From: a virus
Taxonomy: Duplodnaviria > Caudoviricetes
Virus record (IMG/VR): IMGVR_UViG_3300025838_000121
Coordinates: 1 to 25,569 of that record
DNA: 25,569 nt
Direction: 5' to 3' (one strand)
The notes beneath the pieces are model-generated. The model was not told where the DNA came from and did not search any database. It saw nothing but the letters and a program-made list of their open reading frames with translations. Below are positions 1 through 9,448 of the stretch, piece after piece. A program made the position numbers and the translations under genes. Position 1 is the first letter of the stretch; every line of letters begins with the position of its first letter.

Positions 1-1
1 G

Positions 2-1192
2 AACAACCAAGGCTCATGGGTTGTACCAAGCGGTTCAGGTACTGGTTTGACCTCAGTTGGTCTATCAATGCCAACAGGATTCTCGGTTTCTGGTAGCCCT
101 TTAACGTCTAATGGCACGCTTTCTGTTAGTTGGTCAGGCCAAGTGCCCACAGCTAACCTAGGAACTGGCACAGCGTCTTCTAGCACCTATTTAAGGGGTG
201 ATGGTACTTGGGCTACTGTGACGGCAGCGACACCTACTTTGCAACAAGTAGCGACTGCTGGTAGCACTTATTCAGGTGGTATCACAACTACGACTAACTC
301 TACATTCGGTGGAGTGGGTGTTGGGGTTTCATCTAGTGGCCCTGCTGGTACTACTTACGGGATCGGAGCGTCAGCAAGCACTATCGGTATTGGAAACAAT
401 ACGACTCAAGTTTACTTGTATAACTCCTCATTTATTCCTGCTAGTAACAATTCCTTGACTTTAGGCGCTTCAGGTTATGCTTGGTCTAATTTGTACCTGT
501 CTAGCACGTTTAATTGGAATGGTTATGGTATTTCTGCCCCTGCTGGCAATACATCGACTTTCTTAAACAACAATGGGCAATGGACAACGCCTACAGGAAC
601 TGTGCCTAGCCTAGCATCGGTTTGTGCGGTCGGTAACAGTTATTCAGGCGGTTTAGCAATCACAGGCGCATCTTACTTTGGTTCGGCTAGTACATTTGCC
701 AATACTGTAGAGTTGTACACACAATCCACGGCGTCTTCAAGTAATGCTTTTGGTGCGTATGTAAGCAGTTCTTCAAGTAACGCTATCGCTGCGGTGGTAG
801 CCAATACTGGTAGCAACCTTGCATTCTTTGGTTATGGTTCACCTAGCTCGCTAACGGCTGTGGGTTCAATTTCTACCAATGGAACGCTAACAGTCTATGG
901 AACAACCTCTGATCGTAGGCTAAAGACTGACATTGAAACACTATCGTCTGGCGTAGGTATCTCTAAAATTAAGGCTTTGACACCACGTTCATTTAAGTGG
1001 ATTTCTAGCAATGAAGCAGACGTTGGCTTTATTGCTGACGAACTCCAAGCGGTAGTTCCCACAGCGGTCAATGGTAGTGCAACAGCGGTAGATGAAAACG
1101 GCAAACCTGTTTATCAGACTGTTGATAATAGTTTTGTCATGGTATATTTGATCCAAGCAGTACAAGAACTCATTGCAAAGGCAGGCCTATAA
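2..1192 (+). CDS. Tail fibre protein, 5'-truncated, with C-terminal intramolecular chaperone (peptidase S74-like)
   Basis: Frame is open from base 2 (NNQGSWVVPS...), so the true start is upstream of the window. G/S/T-rich with YLRGDGTW/FLNNNGQW fibre motifs. SDRRLKTDI autocleavage motif at nt 908, then GFIADEL and LIQAVQEL helix. TAA overlaps the next ATG. Confidence 0.88.
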   Translation, partial: NNQGSWVVPSGSGTGLTSVGLSMPTGFSVSGSPLTSNGTLSVSWSGQVPTANLGTGTASSSTYLRGDGTWATVTAATPTLQQVATAGSTYSGGITTTTNSTFGGVGVGVSSSGPAGTTYGIGASASTIGIGNNTTQVYLYNSSFIPASNNSLTLGASGYAWSNLYLSSTFNWNGYGISAPAGNTSTFLNNNGQWTTPTGTVPSLASVCAVGNSYSGGLAITGASYFGSASTFANTVELYTQSTASSSNAFGAYVSSSSSNAIAAVVANTGSNLAFFGYGSPSSLTAVGSISTNGTLTVYGTTSDRRLKTDIETLSSGVGISKIKALTPRSFKWISSNEADVGFIADELQAVVPTAVNGSATAVDENGKPVYQTVDNSFVMVYLIQAVQELIAKAGL

Positions 1193-4100
1193 TGGACTTT
1201 GGGTTTGTTGGCCCATCGTACACTTCTCCATCAATCTACCAAGATGATCAGGAGTGTATTAACTTTCGGCCTGAAGTTGACCCACTTAAGCAACCAGGCC
1301 AAAGAGGTGTTGTTGCTCTTTACCCTACACCTGGTCTAACTTTATTTACTAATCTAGGCAACGCTGAGATTCGAGGACTACGCACCATATCTGGTGGTAA
1401 GTACCTGATAGCGATATGTGGCGCTAACGTGTACGCAATTGACACTTCTGGTAACACGTTCAGTCTAGGTAGCCTAACAACTACAACAGGTCGAGTCGGT
1501 ATTGCTGACAATGGCCTGTATGTAATGATCACAGACGGGGTGAATAGATATAGTATTTATATCAGCACCTTTATTACCACATCGTTTATTGGTAACGTCT
1601 CAGGGTATCAAATCAACGTCACGGGCATCATTTCAGGGCCTTTGGTGGTTGGTCAAGCAGTCACAGGCACAAATATACCCCCCAACACGATCATTACATC
1701 AGTACCTACCTCTGCTAATGGTTTGGGTTTGTATTCCATTAATAACTATGTTTCTAATGGTAGCGTCACAGCAATTAACCTATTAAGCGCTGGATCAGGT
1801 TATACAACACCCCCTACAGTTACAGTCGCTAACCCTGGCTATGGTGGCACGATAGCATCGGTGACATGGAACTCTATTGGGGTTGTGAGTACAAGCATCA
1901 CCTCAGGTGGCACGGGTTACACAGTCGGTGACATCATTACGGCTTTTGGTGGCACTTATACGACAGCTTGCCAGCTCAAAGTGACAACAGTATCTAGCGG
2001 TGTCATTACTGGGGTTTCAATTGTTAATGTTGGAACGTACACACAAGCGCCTACAGGTGCAGCGTCATTTAGCGGTGGAACAGGTAAAAACGCTACCATT
2101 ACGCTCACTTTTGGATTGAATAACGATTATTCAATAGCCAATGGTGGCTCTTTTTACACTTCTAACCCAGCGTTGAGTTTCAGCGGTACGGGTGGGGCAT
2201 CAGCTTTAGCCAACATTTCTCCTTTGGGTAATTCGTCAACCATGACGGCTTATGCGTTTTCAGTATTGCCAAGCACAGATGGGGCATTTACTGGCGCTGA
2301 TGTGGTGGACATCGTAGACAACATATTTGTTTACAACAGGCCTAATACGCAACAATTTGGCTCTAGTAACCTTTTAAGCCCCTTATCTGCACCTTTACAG
2401 TTCTCTAGTAAAGATGGCGCACCTGATAATTTGGTGTCTTTGATTGTTGACCATCGTGAGATTTACCTACTCGGTGAGGTGTCTAGCGAGGTTTGGGTAG
2501 ATGTGGGTTCATTCCCTTTCCCATTCCAAAGAATACCTGGCACATCAACTCAACACGGCATTATTGCCAAATTCTCGGTCTCTAGGGTTGGTAACTCATT
2601 TGCTTACCTCTCTAGAAATCAGCGTGGTCAAGGCCAAATCGTCATGATGAATGGCTATGTGCCGACTCGGATATCTACCCACGCAGTTGAGCAAACTTTG
2701 GTTAACCAAAATATCTCAGACGCAATTGCTTGGACTTATCAGCTAGAAGGTCACGAGTGTTATGTTATTACATTCCCAAGTTTAGATTTGACTTGGGTGT
2801 GGGATAACACGACTGGAATGTGGCACAAAATGCTGTCGGTAGACAATAACAATGTCTACCATCGGCATCGAGGTAATTGTTCTGCGGTATTTAATGGATT
2901 TGTGTATGTCGGGGACTATCAGAATGGAAATATCTATTTATTAGACCCTAGTAACTACACAGAAAACGGCCAAGAAATTAGAAGATTAAGAAGAGCACCG
3001 CACCTAGTTTCTGATTTGCAACGTCAATATTTTGAAGAATTGCAGATTCAGTTTCAACCAGGCGTGGGATTATCAACCCCCAATGCTAGTTATACCTCTT
3101 CAGGTATAGCAGGTATTGCCATTTCAGGATATGCAATAAGTGGAAATACTCAAACAGGTCAAGGCACTACTCTGGTCTCCAGTTCTCCATATTCTTTTTC
3201 AGGAGTTTCTTTAGGTGCTCCAGCTCTAGGCGCAACAATATCAGATATCCCTTATGGGACTGATTCACTCCAAAAAGTAGACATTATTAGTCCTGCTTCA
3301 TGGGATGTGGTCAACAAGAATGGCCAAATGCCCAATGGTGTAGTCTTATGGATTCATGGTGGTGGATGGTCGGGCGGTGACAAAGCGAGCGACACGGCTA
3401 TCTACAATCCGATAGTTTTGGCCAATTACGTTGTTATTTCTGCTAATTACAGACTAACGCCATCAGGTGACTATCCGAATGACGTTAACGACATTGCACA
3501 GGTGATTAACTTCTTGTTAAACCCTGGCGCATCTTCAGCAGCGCCTAGCCAAAACGCATTGTGGACTAGCCTACAACAGCAAGTAGCCCAGTTCGGTTTG
3601 ATGGTGGCAGGTAATAGCGCAGGCGGTTATTTGGCCTTGCAAGGCACAATAGCCCAAGCCCAATCCAATGGAACATGGCCAACTGCTTGCATGAATCTTT
3701 ATGGCCCAATGAACTTTGTAACAGTCGGTGCTGGTGACGCTACAAATCCTATTGGATCATTCGGGGTTGGTCTAATCAACACCTACACGGCTAACTCAAC
3801 GCCATTGGCTGCTAGTCCATATTATTCGCTAACAAGTTGGGAATCTATTCCTACTTTTTACACGAATAAATGCCACTTCTACATTTGGTACAACACCAAC
3901 GACACATTAGCGCCCCCAACGTCAATTCAGCCCTTTGCAGCCAATTTAACGACTGCTTTGACCAATCGGGTTACGACTACGCAAGTCACGCTAGGAACGC
4001 CAACAAACGGCTCTGGCGGATATCCTACGCAGTACACAGCTAATCACAATGTGACTAGCGCACAAACTGCTACGGCTTTGCTCAATGCGTTAACACTTCA

Positions 4101-4368
4101 GTTTCCAAAGTACAACATTCCTAGCCCTGCGTTTGAAGGATCACAAGGCGTTGATCCTAAAGCCATGCTCAGGTGGTCTAACGATGGTGGCTCTACATGG
4201 TCTAAAGAACATTGGGTCAGCATTGGTAAGATTGGCAAATACAAGAATCGCGCCATTTGGAGGCGTTTGGGATGGTCTAGAGATAAGATTTTTGAGGTGG
4301 TGGTAACCGATCCAGTCAACGCAACGATTGTGTCGGCTAACCTTAAAGCGACCCAAGGGGAGAACTAA
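1192..4368 (+). CDS. P22 gp10-like tail hub / DNA stabilisation protein with two large inserted regions (beta-rich repeats; alpha/beta hydrolase)
   Basis: gp10-like motifs (LYPTPGL, DGAPDNLV, ISTHAVE, YQLEGHECY, AMLRWSNDGGSTWS, WRRLG). At 1058 aa it is about twice the usual size. Sits just before the ejection genes. Confidence 0.85.
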   Translation: MDFGFVGPSYTSPSIYQDDQECINFRPEVDPLKQPGQRGVVALYPTPGLTLFTNLGNAEIRGLRTISGGKYLIAICGANVYAIDTSGNTFSLGSLTTTTGRVGIADNGLYVMITDGVNRYSIYISTFITTSFIGNVSGYQINVTGIISGPLVVGQAVTGTNIPPNTIITSVPTSANGLGLYSINNYVSNGSVTAINLLSAGSGYTTPPTVTVANPGYGGTIASVTWNSIGVVSTSITSGGTGYTVGDIITAFGGTYTTACQLKVTTVSSGVITGVSIVNVGTYTQAPTGAASFSGGTGKNATITLTFGLNNDYSIANGGSFYTSNPALSFSGTGGASALANISPLGNSSTMTAYAFSVLPSTDGAFTGADVVDIVDNIFVYNRPNTQQFGSSNLLSPLSAPLQFSSKDGAPDNLVSLIVDHREIYLLGEVSSEVWVDVGSFPFPFQRIPGTSTQHGIIAKFSVSRVGNSFAYLSRNQRGQGQIVMMNGYVPTRISTHAVEQTLVNQNISDAIAWTYQLEGHECYVITFPSLDLTWVWDNTTGMWHKMLSVDNNNVYHRHRGNCSAVFNGFVYVGDYQNGNIYLLDPSNYTENGQEIRRLRRAPHLVSDLQRQYFEELQIQFQPGVGLSTPNASYTSSGIAGIAISGYAISGNTQTGQGTTLVSSSPYSFSGVSLGAPALGATISDIPYGTDSLQKVDIISPASWDVVNKNGQMPNGVVLWIHGGGWSGGDKASDTAIYNPIVLANYVVISANYRLTPSGDYPNDVNDIAQVINFLLNPGASSAAPSQNALWTSLQQQVAQFGLMVAGNSAGGYLALQGTIAQAQSNGTWPTACMNLYGPMNFVTVGAGDATNPIGSFGVGLINTYTANSTPLAASPYYSLTSWESIPTFYTNKCHFYIWYNTNDTLAPPTSIQPFAANLTTALTNRVTTTQVTLGTPTNGSGGYPTQYTANHNVTSAQTATALLNALTLQFPKYNIPSPAFEGSQGVDPKAMLRWSNDGGSTWSKEHWVSIGKIGKYKNRAIWRRLGWSRDKIFEVVVTDPVNATIVSANLKATQGEN

Positions 4369-4589
4369 TGGCTAATACCTATGGTTCACCCCAGACCAAT
4401 CCTTATCCACAGGCTGAATTCTTAGATGCTAGTTCTAAAAGACCGACACGCCCTTGGCAGCAGTTCTTTTTGAATATGGTGAACTTTAGTTCGACTACAA
4501 CAACCCCAGCGCTTCCATCTAGCCCAGTCGGTTATATGCAAGTCACAGTCAATGGTAAACAGTACAAAGTACCTTATTACAACCTATGA
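4368..4589 (+). CDS. Small virion-associated protein (syntenic slot of P22 gp26)
   Basis: Stop/start-coupled on both sides. TRPWQQFF N-terminal motif and C-terminal GYMQVTVNGKQYKVPYY beta-hairpin. Function inferred from position only. Confidence 0.55.
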   Translation: MANTYGSPQTNPYPQAEFLDASSKRPTRPWQQFFLNMVNFSSTTTTPALPSSPVGYMQVTVNGKQYKVPYYNL

Positions 4590-4921
4590 ATTACAACAAA
4601 GAATTAGAAGGTGTTTTTGAGATCAATCCAGAAGTCGGCCACACTTTTGCCGATGGGTTGTACTCTAAGCAAATGATTATTCCCAAGGGATTTGTCGCTG
4701 GGATGCACAAACACCACTATTCACACCTGTCAATTCTGGCAAAAGGTAGGGTCAAAATTACTACAGAAGACTATAATAAAGAAGTAACTGCGCCATTTTG
4801 TATTACTATTGAAGCAGAAAAAAATCATTCAATAGAAGCATTAGAAGATTCTGTATGGTTTTGTATTCATGCGACAGATGAAACTGAAAATGTCGATGAT
4901 TTTTTGATTTATAGGAGTTAA
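4586..4921 (+). CDS. Cupin-fold protein
   Basis: Cupin motifs HKHHYSHLSILAKG and IEAEKNHSIEALEDSVWFCIH; ATGA overlap with the upstream gene. Confidence 0.8.
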   Translation: MNYNKELEGVFEINPEVGHTFADGLYSKQMIIPKGFVAGMHKHHYSHLSILAKGRVKITTEDYNKEVTAPFCITIEAEKNHSIEALEDSVWFCIHATDETENVDDFLIYRS

Positions 4922-4923
4922 TT

Positions 4924-5712
4924 ATGCCATTTGCATATCTAGCAGCAGCAACAATTGGAAGTGCCTTAATTGGCTCTCAGGCATCAAAGTCTGCTGCCAA
5001 TACGCAAGCACAAGCGGCTTCTAATGCTCAACAGCAATTACAAACCAATTACGAAAACCTAGCGCCCAATTATGCTCCTTATCAGCAAACTGGGGCACAA
5101 GGCTTGGCAGGATTAAGTGCTCAAAATCAATATCTAACAACACCACAGGCCACTTATCAGCCATTCACGGCTCAAGACCTCAACGCTAATCTAGCGCCTA
5201 ATTACCAGTTTCAATTGCAACAAGGTCAGGCAGCAACCAATTTGGCTAACAATGCAACTGGCGGTTTGATCGGTGGTAATGCGTTAAAAGGTTTACAAGA
5301 CTACACACAAAATACTGCTAGTGGAGCATATCAAAATGCTTTGAACAATTACATGACGCAACAAGGACAAGCGTTTAACCAAGGTCAAACACAACAAACC
5401 AACATTTATAACCGACTTGCTGGCATAGCAGGGATTGGTCAAAACGCTGTTACAGGGTTGTCTAACCTTGCTACAGGCAACGCAACTAACATAGCCCAGT
5501 TGGGTGTAGGCGCTGCTAACGCACAAGCAGCAGGTACTGTGGGCGCTGCCAACGCAATTGGTCAAGGTATAACAGGGGCAACATCAAACTTAACAGCACC
5601 TAGTCAACTTAATTATTTGGCTACATTGTTAAACCCTAACACCTATACTGGTAGTCAACAGCCTGGCTATGGCACTCAAGTGCCACAAGGCACAATGTCA
5701 ACTGTGGGGTAA
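4924..5712 (+). CDS. DNA ejection (pilot) protein, P22 gp7-like
   Basis: Hydrophobic A/G N-terminus, A/Q/N/G-rich helical body, PY and PNYQFQL motifs; SD AGGAG upstream; first of three ejection-type genes. Confidence 0.72.
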   Translation: MPFAYLAAATIGSALIGSQASKSAANTQAQAASNAQQQLQTNYENLAPNYAPYQQTGAQGLAGLSAQNQYLTTPQATYQPFTAQDLNANLAPNYQFQLQQGQAATNLANNATGGLIGGNALKGLQDYTQNTASGAYQNALNNYMTQQGQAFNQGQTQQTNIYNRLAGIAGIGQNAVTGLSNLATGNATNIAQLGVGAANAQAAGTVGAANAIGQGITGATSNLTAPSQLNYLATLLNPNTYTGSQQPGYGTQVPQGTMSTVG

Positions 5713-5714
5713 AC

Positions 5715-7268
5715 ATGGCAGACTTCAACTTTTCTGACGTAGCATCTAAGATACAACCACCCAAAGAGGGTATGTCCCTTGCTGACATGGTTAACATGGC
5801 TAGGGGTGTGCAAGCATACCAACAGGCCGGTCAATTAAACCCTTTGCAAACACAAAAAGCTCAACTTGAGTTGGAGCAATTGCAAAAGATTAACCCCTTG
5901 GCTGCTAGAGAGCAAGAGGCTAAAACCAAATTAGCAGAAGGCACATTAGCACCAAGCATTGCTAGATCAGAAGCTGAATCTAAAACTGCTGAGTTGGGCA
6001 CAAAATCTGCACAATTGAAATTGTCAGGAGAGAAGTTACAAAAGGTTTTAGAGATTTCAGGTGCTAGAGCAACCGATCCTGAAGTAATTAAATTGTCTGA
6101 ATTGGCAAAATCACAAGACCCTAAAGTCGCATCACAAGCCAAGAAACGTCTTCATCAATTGAATTATGAAGATATGCAAACAGCGATCAAAGGCGGTTTA
6201 GATGGTGCTGAGGCTATGGAAAGTTTTGGCCACATTACATCAAAGATTGATACAAACCCAGAGCAGTTACCAAGTCTTTACCAAAATGCTGTAAGAATTG
6301 GATCGGGCGCTGCTGGTCAATTAGGATTGCAAACACCCAAAACTGGCGTTAATGCTGCGGGTCAAACTACGGCAATTAATCCTGTTACTGGTCAATATGA
6401 GGTTATGGGCACTCCTCAAACTAACCCCATGAGTTCTAGGACACAAACATTTACTGATCCTATTACTGGCAACATAATTCAAGCACCATTGACACCACAA
6501 GGAACATTGGGAGCACCTAGCAATTTAGCTGGTTCTAGCTCTGGCCCGTTGCCTCCGGGTATGTTGCAAGGTTTGTCTGGTAATGTGGGCATGGGTAATC
6601 CAAACGCACCACAAGCCATCCCAGCATTTGAAAATAAAGATACATTGGCAGCGGCTAGGGCTATTCAACTTGATTCAAATCAAAGAGCAAGCAAAGTCGC
6701 TGAAACACAATTCAATAACAATCAAATTATTAAATTAGCCGATGAAGCAATAACTGGCCGAGGTGCTGCTAATCTTGGTAATTTGACTGGTGGTTATGCC
6801 GTATTGAATGGTTTGGGTATTGGCGGTGGAAACGCTACAAATTTACAACAATTAGGCCATTTCATGTCTTTAGAGACTGCTAATTTGGCTCAGTCTGCTG
6901 GCTTGGGTACTGATTCAGCAAGAGGTTTGGCTAATGAAGTAGTTGGTAAGACTGATTGGACACCAGAAGCTATTAAAAACACAGCCAAAACAAACAGGGC
7001 ATTATCTACTGGTATTGATTTGTTTAATCGTGGTGTCAATAATGCGGTTCAAGCGCAAGGCAATAACCCATTGGCAGCAAAAGATTTTAGAAACAAATGG
7101 TCACAAGTGGCTGATGTTGAAGCATTAAAATTAATGGATGCTGTGAAAAACAAAGACCAAGAAGAAATTAAAAAGATTGTCAAAGACTTGGGCGGTGTTG
7201 ATTCAGAAAAGTACAAGAAATTATTGGCAAAAACTGGTTTTATCAATAATCTAATCAAAGGTCAATGA
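5715..7268 (+). CDS. Putative DNA ejection / internal virion protein (gp20 slot)
   Basis: 517 aa, A/Q/G-rich helical; synteny after the gp7-like gene. Confidence 0.6.
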   Translation: MADFNFSDVASKIQPPKEGMSLADMVNMARGVQAYQQAGQLNPLQTQKAQLELEQLQKINPLAAREQEAKTKLAEGTLAPSIARSEAESKTAELGTKSAQLKLSGEKLQKVLEISGARATDPEVIKLSELAKSQDPKVASQAKKRLHQLNYEDMQTAIKGGLDGAEAMESFGHITSKIDTNPEQLPSLYQNAVRIGSGAAGQLGLQTPKTGVNAAGQTTAINPVTGQYEVMGTPQTNPMSSRTQTFTDPITGNIIQAPLTPQGTLGAPSNLAGSSSGPLPPGMLQGLSGNVGMGNPNAPQAIPAFENKDTLAAARAIQLDSNQRASKVAETQFNNNQIIKLADEAITGRGAANLGNLTGGYAVLNGLGIGGGNATNLQQLGHFMSLETANLAQSAGLGTDSARGLANEVVGKTDWTPEAIKNTAKTNRALSTGIDLFNRGVNNAVQAQGNNPLAAKDFRNKWSQVADVEALKLMDAVKNKDQEEIKKIVKDLGGVDSEKYKKLLAKTGFINNLIKGQ

Positions 7269-9448
7269 TGGATGACGAGTTTTCACCAGAAGCGATTAAC
7301 AACGCAGTCTCACAAACTTTAGGTGTAAAAGCGCCTAAGTTAGAGTCTGTGCAAACAAATACTTCAGATTTAAATTCTGAAGATATCAATAGGGCTGTTT
7401 TAGAAGCAGTAAAGCCATCAACAACAATTACTGCCAAACCCCAAGCGCAACACGATAAAACCATTACTGATTACTTTAAAGGAGTTGGTCGAGGTTTAGC
7501 GTCTTTAGGTGACGTTACTGTTGGAGGTGTATTGCCTATTGCTGGTCAAGTAGTCCAAGCTGCTGCTAGACCCTTTACAACACCTCAACGTGCTCAAGAA
7601 ATTGGTGGAGCAGTATCTAGCGCTATTGACCAACCATTTGGCAAAGCATTTGGTGTTACAGAAACACCAGAATACAAACAAGAAACATCAAGATCATTAA
7701 TGGATTTTGTTGGCAAATATGCTAATTTAGGTGCTGAAAAGATTAGTGAATTAACTGGCGGTCGCTTGCCTGTTGAAGACGTACAAAATATGTTGGGTTC
7801 GTTAACTATTCCTGCTGGCAAAGCATTAGGAATAGGCGGTAAAGCAATAGGCTCTGAAGCCAAGATGGTTAGTGATGCTTTAAAAAGCAAATTTGCTGGT
7901 GGCAAAACACCTCAATCAATAATGCAAGATTTGCATGGGGCAGAAGTTAGTGATTTGGCTGGCGTTGGTGCTGCCAAGTCCGATATGAATCCTTACTCAA
8001 GTTTGACAGGGGAAGAAAAGTCTAGAGGGCAATATCCTATTGTCAAATTGTCTAAGATAGCTGCCGATGTGCCTGTATCTGAACAAAAGACTAGGTCACA
8101 AATTGCAAACAAAGTCTTAGGTGAAAACAATCTAGTTCGTACTGGCGTTCTTACTGGAAATGAAGATACTTTAAGAAACGAATACACAGAAGCCAAAAAA
8201 GCAAATCCAACACCCAAGGGTGAATTGCTTAAGGAACAAATTGCTAATGAACAAAATGCTTTATCTGATTTTTCTCAAAAACTAGTCAATGACACAGGTG
8301 CAAGTCAAACATTGACAAGCCCTTATGAGCGTGGCCAGCGTATAGCCGATGCTTTAATTGGAGACGAAGGTCTTAAAGGTTTCTTTAAAGCAGAGAAAAA
8401 CAAAATATACGAGGAAGCCAAAAAACAAGTTGGTGACAATCCGATTGGTTCACAAACTGTAGAAAACTTAATAAACTCACCTCAATTTAAAGCCGAATTA
8501 AAAATTAAAGGCATTCCTGAGTTTACCAATGGCGTTAAAGAACTATTGGATTTACATAAGACTGAAGGCTTACAAGACACAACACCTAACAGTTTGGCGG
8601 GTTTGGAAAAGATTAGGCAGTCTTTGAATGCTCAATGGTCTCCAGCCAACAGTTATGGAATAGGCCAAGTTATCAATGCTATTGACGCTGATATTGCCAA
8701 AGCGGGTGGGCCTGGTCTTTATGAGCGTGGTCGTAAAGTACACCAAGCAGAAAAGGTACTTTTTGGCTCTAAAGGTATCAAATCTATGTTTGGTGAGGTT
8801 GATCCTAATGGAGTGCAAACTGGCACACCATACGAAAAGATACCTGACAAACTCAACCAAATGCCTGTAGATGAATGGAAACACATACACGACACATTGG
8901 AATTAATATCTAAAGGCAAAATCAGAGGTAAAGATTTTGAACTTGATATTCCAGAAGAGTTAAAGACTGCTGCGATTGCTGCTAAGAATGAAATGCTAGG
9001 CAATATTGCTAGAGAAGTATACGAGCAAGGCGCTAATAAGGTTGGTGTTTGGAATCAAAACTCTGCAAACAAAGTATTGAATGCAAGAGCAGAAAAGATC
9101 AAACATGGCTTTAGCCCAGAAGCCCAACAAGACTTCCATACATTGAACTATGCAGGTCACATCATGCCAGGCGTTCATCATTATGAAGGCGCTGCTTTGC
9201 AAGCCAGAAGGCTAGGTTTGATTGAAGGTCACATAGAAAAAGCGGCCACAGGTGCTGGAGCAGCAGCCGGTGGTGCAATTGCTGGGCCATTAGGTGCTGG
9301 TGTTGGTGGCTACTTAACAGGAAAAGCAGGGGCTAAAGTTGCACAATCTTTAGAGAGTAAAGCTCTTGCCAAAGAAGCTGAAAATTTAAGGAATGAAATG
9401 AAAGCCAACGCTAAACTTGGTACAAAAATTAAGGACTTAAACAAATGA
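7265..9448 (+). CDS. Putative DNA ejection / internal virion protein (gp16 slot)
   Basis: 727 aa, helical, with C-terminal glycine-zipper (GAGAAAGGAIAGPLGAGVGG); ATGA-coupled on both sides. Confidence 0.6.
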   Translation: MMDDEFSPEAINNAVSQTLGVKAPKLESVQTNTSDLNSEDINRAVLEAVKPSTTITAKPQAQHDKTITDYFKGVGRGLASLGDVTVGGVLPIAGQVVQAAARPFTTPQRAQEIGGAVSSAIDQPFGKAFGVTETPEYKQETSRSLMDFVGKYANLGAEKISELTGGRLPVEDVQNMLGSLTIPAGKALGIGGKAIGSEAKMVSDALKSKFAGGKTPQSIMQDLHGAEVSDLAGVGAAKSDMNPYSSLTGEEKSRGQYPIVKLSKIAADVPVSEQKTRSQIANKVLGENNLVRTGVLTGNEDTLRNEYTEAKKANPTPKGELLKEQIANEQNALSDFSQKLVNDTGASQTLTSPYERGQRIADALIGDEGLKGFFKAEKNKIYEEAKKQVGDNPIGSQTVENLINSPQFKAELKIKGIPEFTNGVKELLDLHKTEGLQDTTPNSLAGLEKIRQSLNAQWSPANSYGIGQVINAIDADIAKAGGPGLYERGRKVHQAEKVLFGSKGIKSMFGEVDPNGVQTGTPYEKIPDKLNQMPVDEWKHIHDTLELISKGKIRGKDFELDIPEELKTAAIAAKNEMLGNIAREVYEQGANKVGVWNQNSANKVLNARAEKIKHGFSPEAQQDFHTLNYAGHIMPGVHHYEGAALQARRLGLIEGHIEKAATGAGAAAGGAIAGPLGAGVGGYLTGKAGAKVAQSLESKALAKEAENLRNEMKANAKLGTKIKDLNK

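Noticed and set aside
3079-4140. gp10 insertion as an intein
   Set aside because: No intein block motifs or homing endonuclease; the only HN is followed by Val rather than Cys/Ser/Thr; the content is an esterase.
276-9202. Many 60-106 aa antisense or off-frame ORFs inside structural genes
   Set aside because: Short shadows of long genes, with no RBS, motifs or coupling, unlike the MTase second frame.
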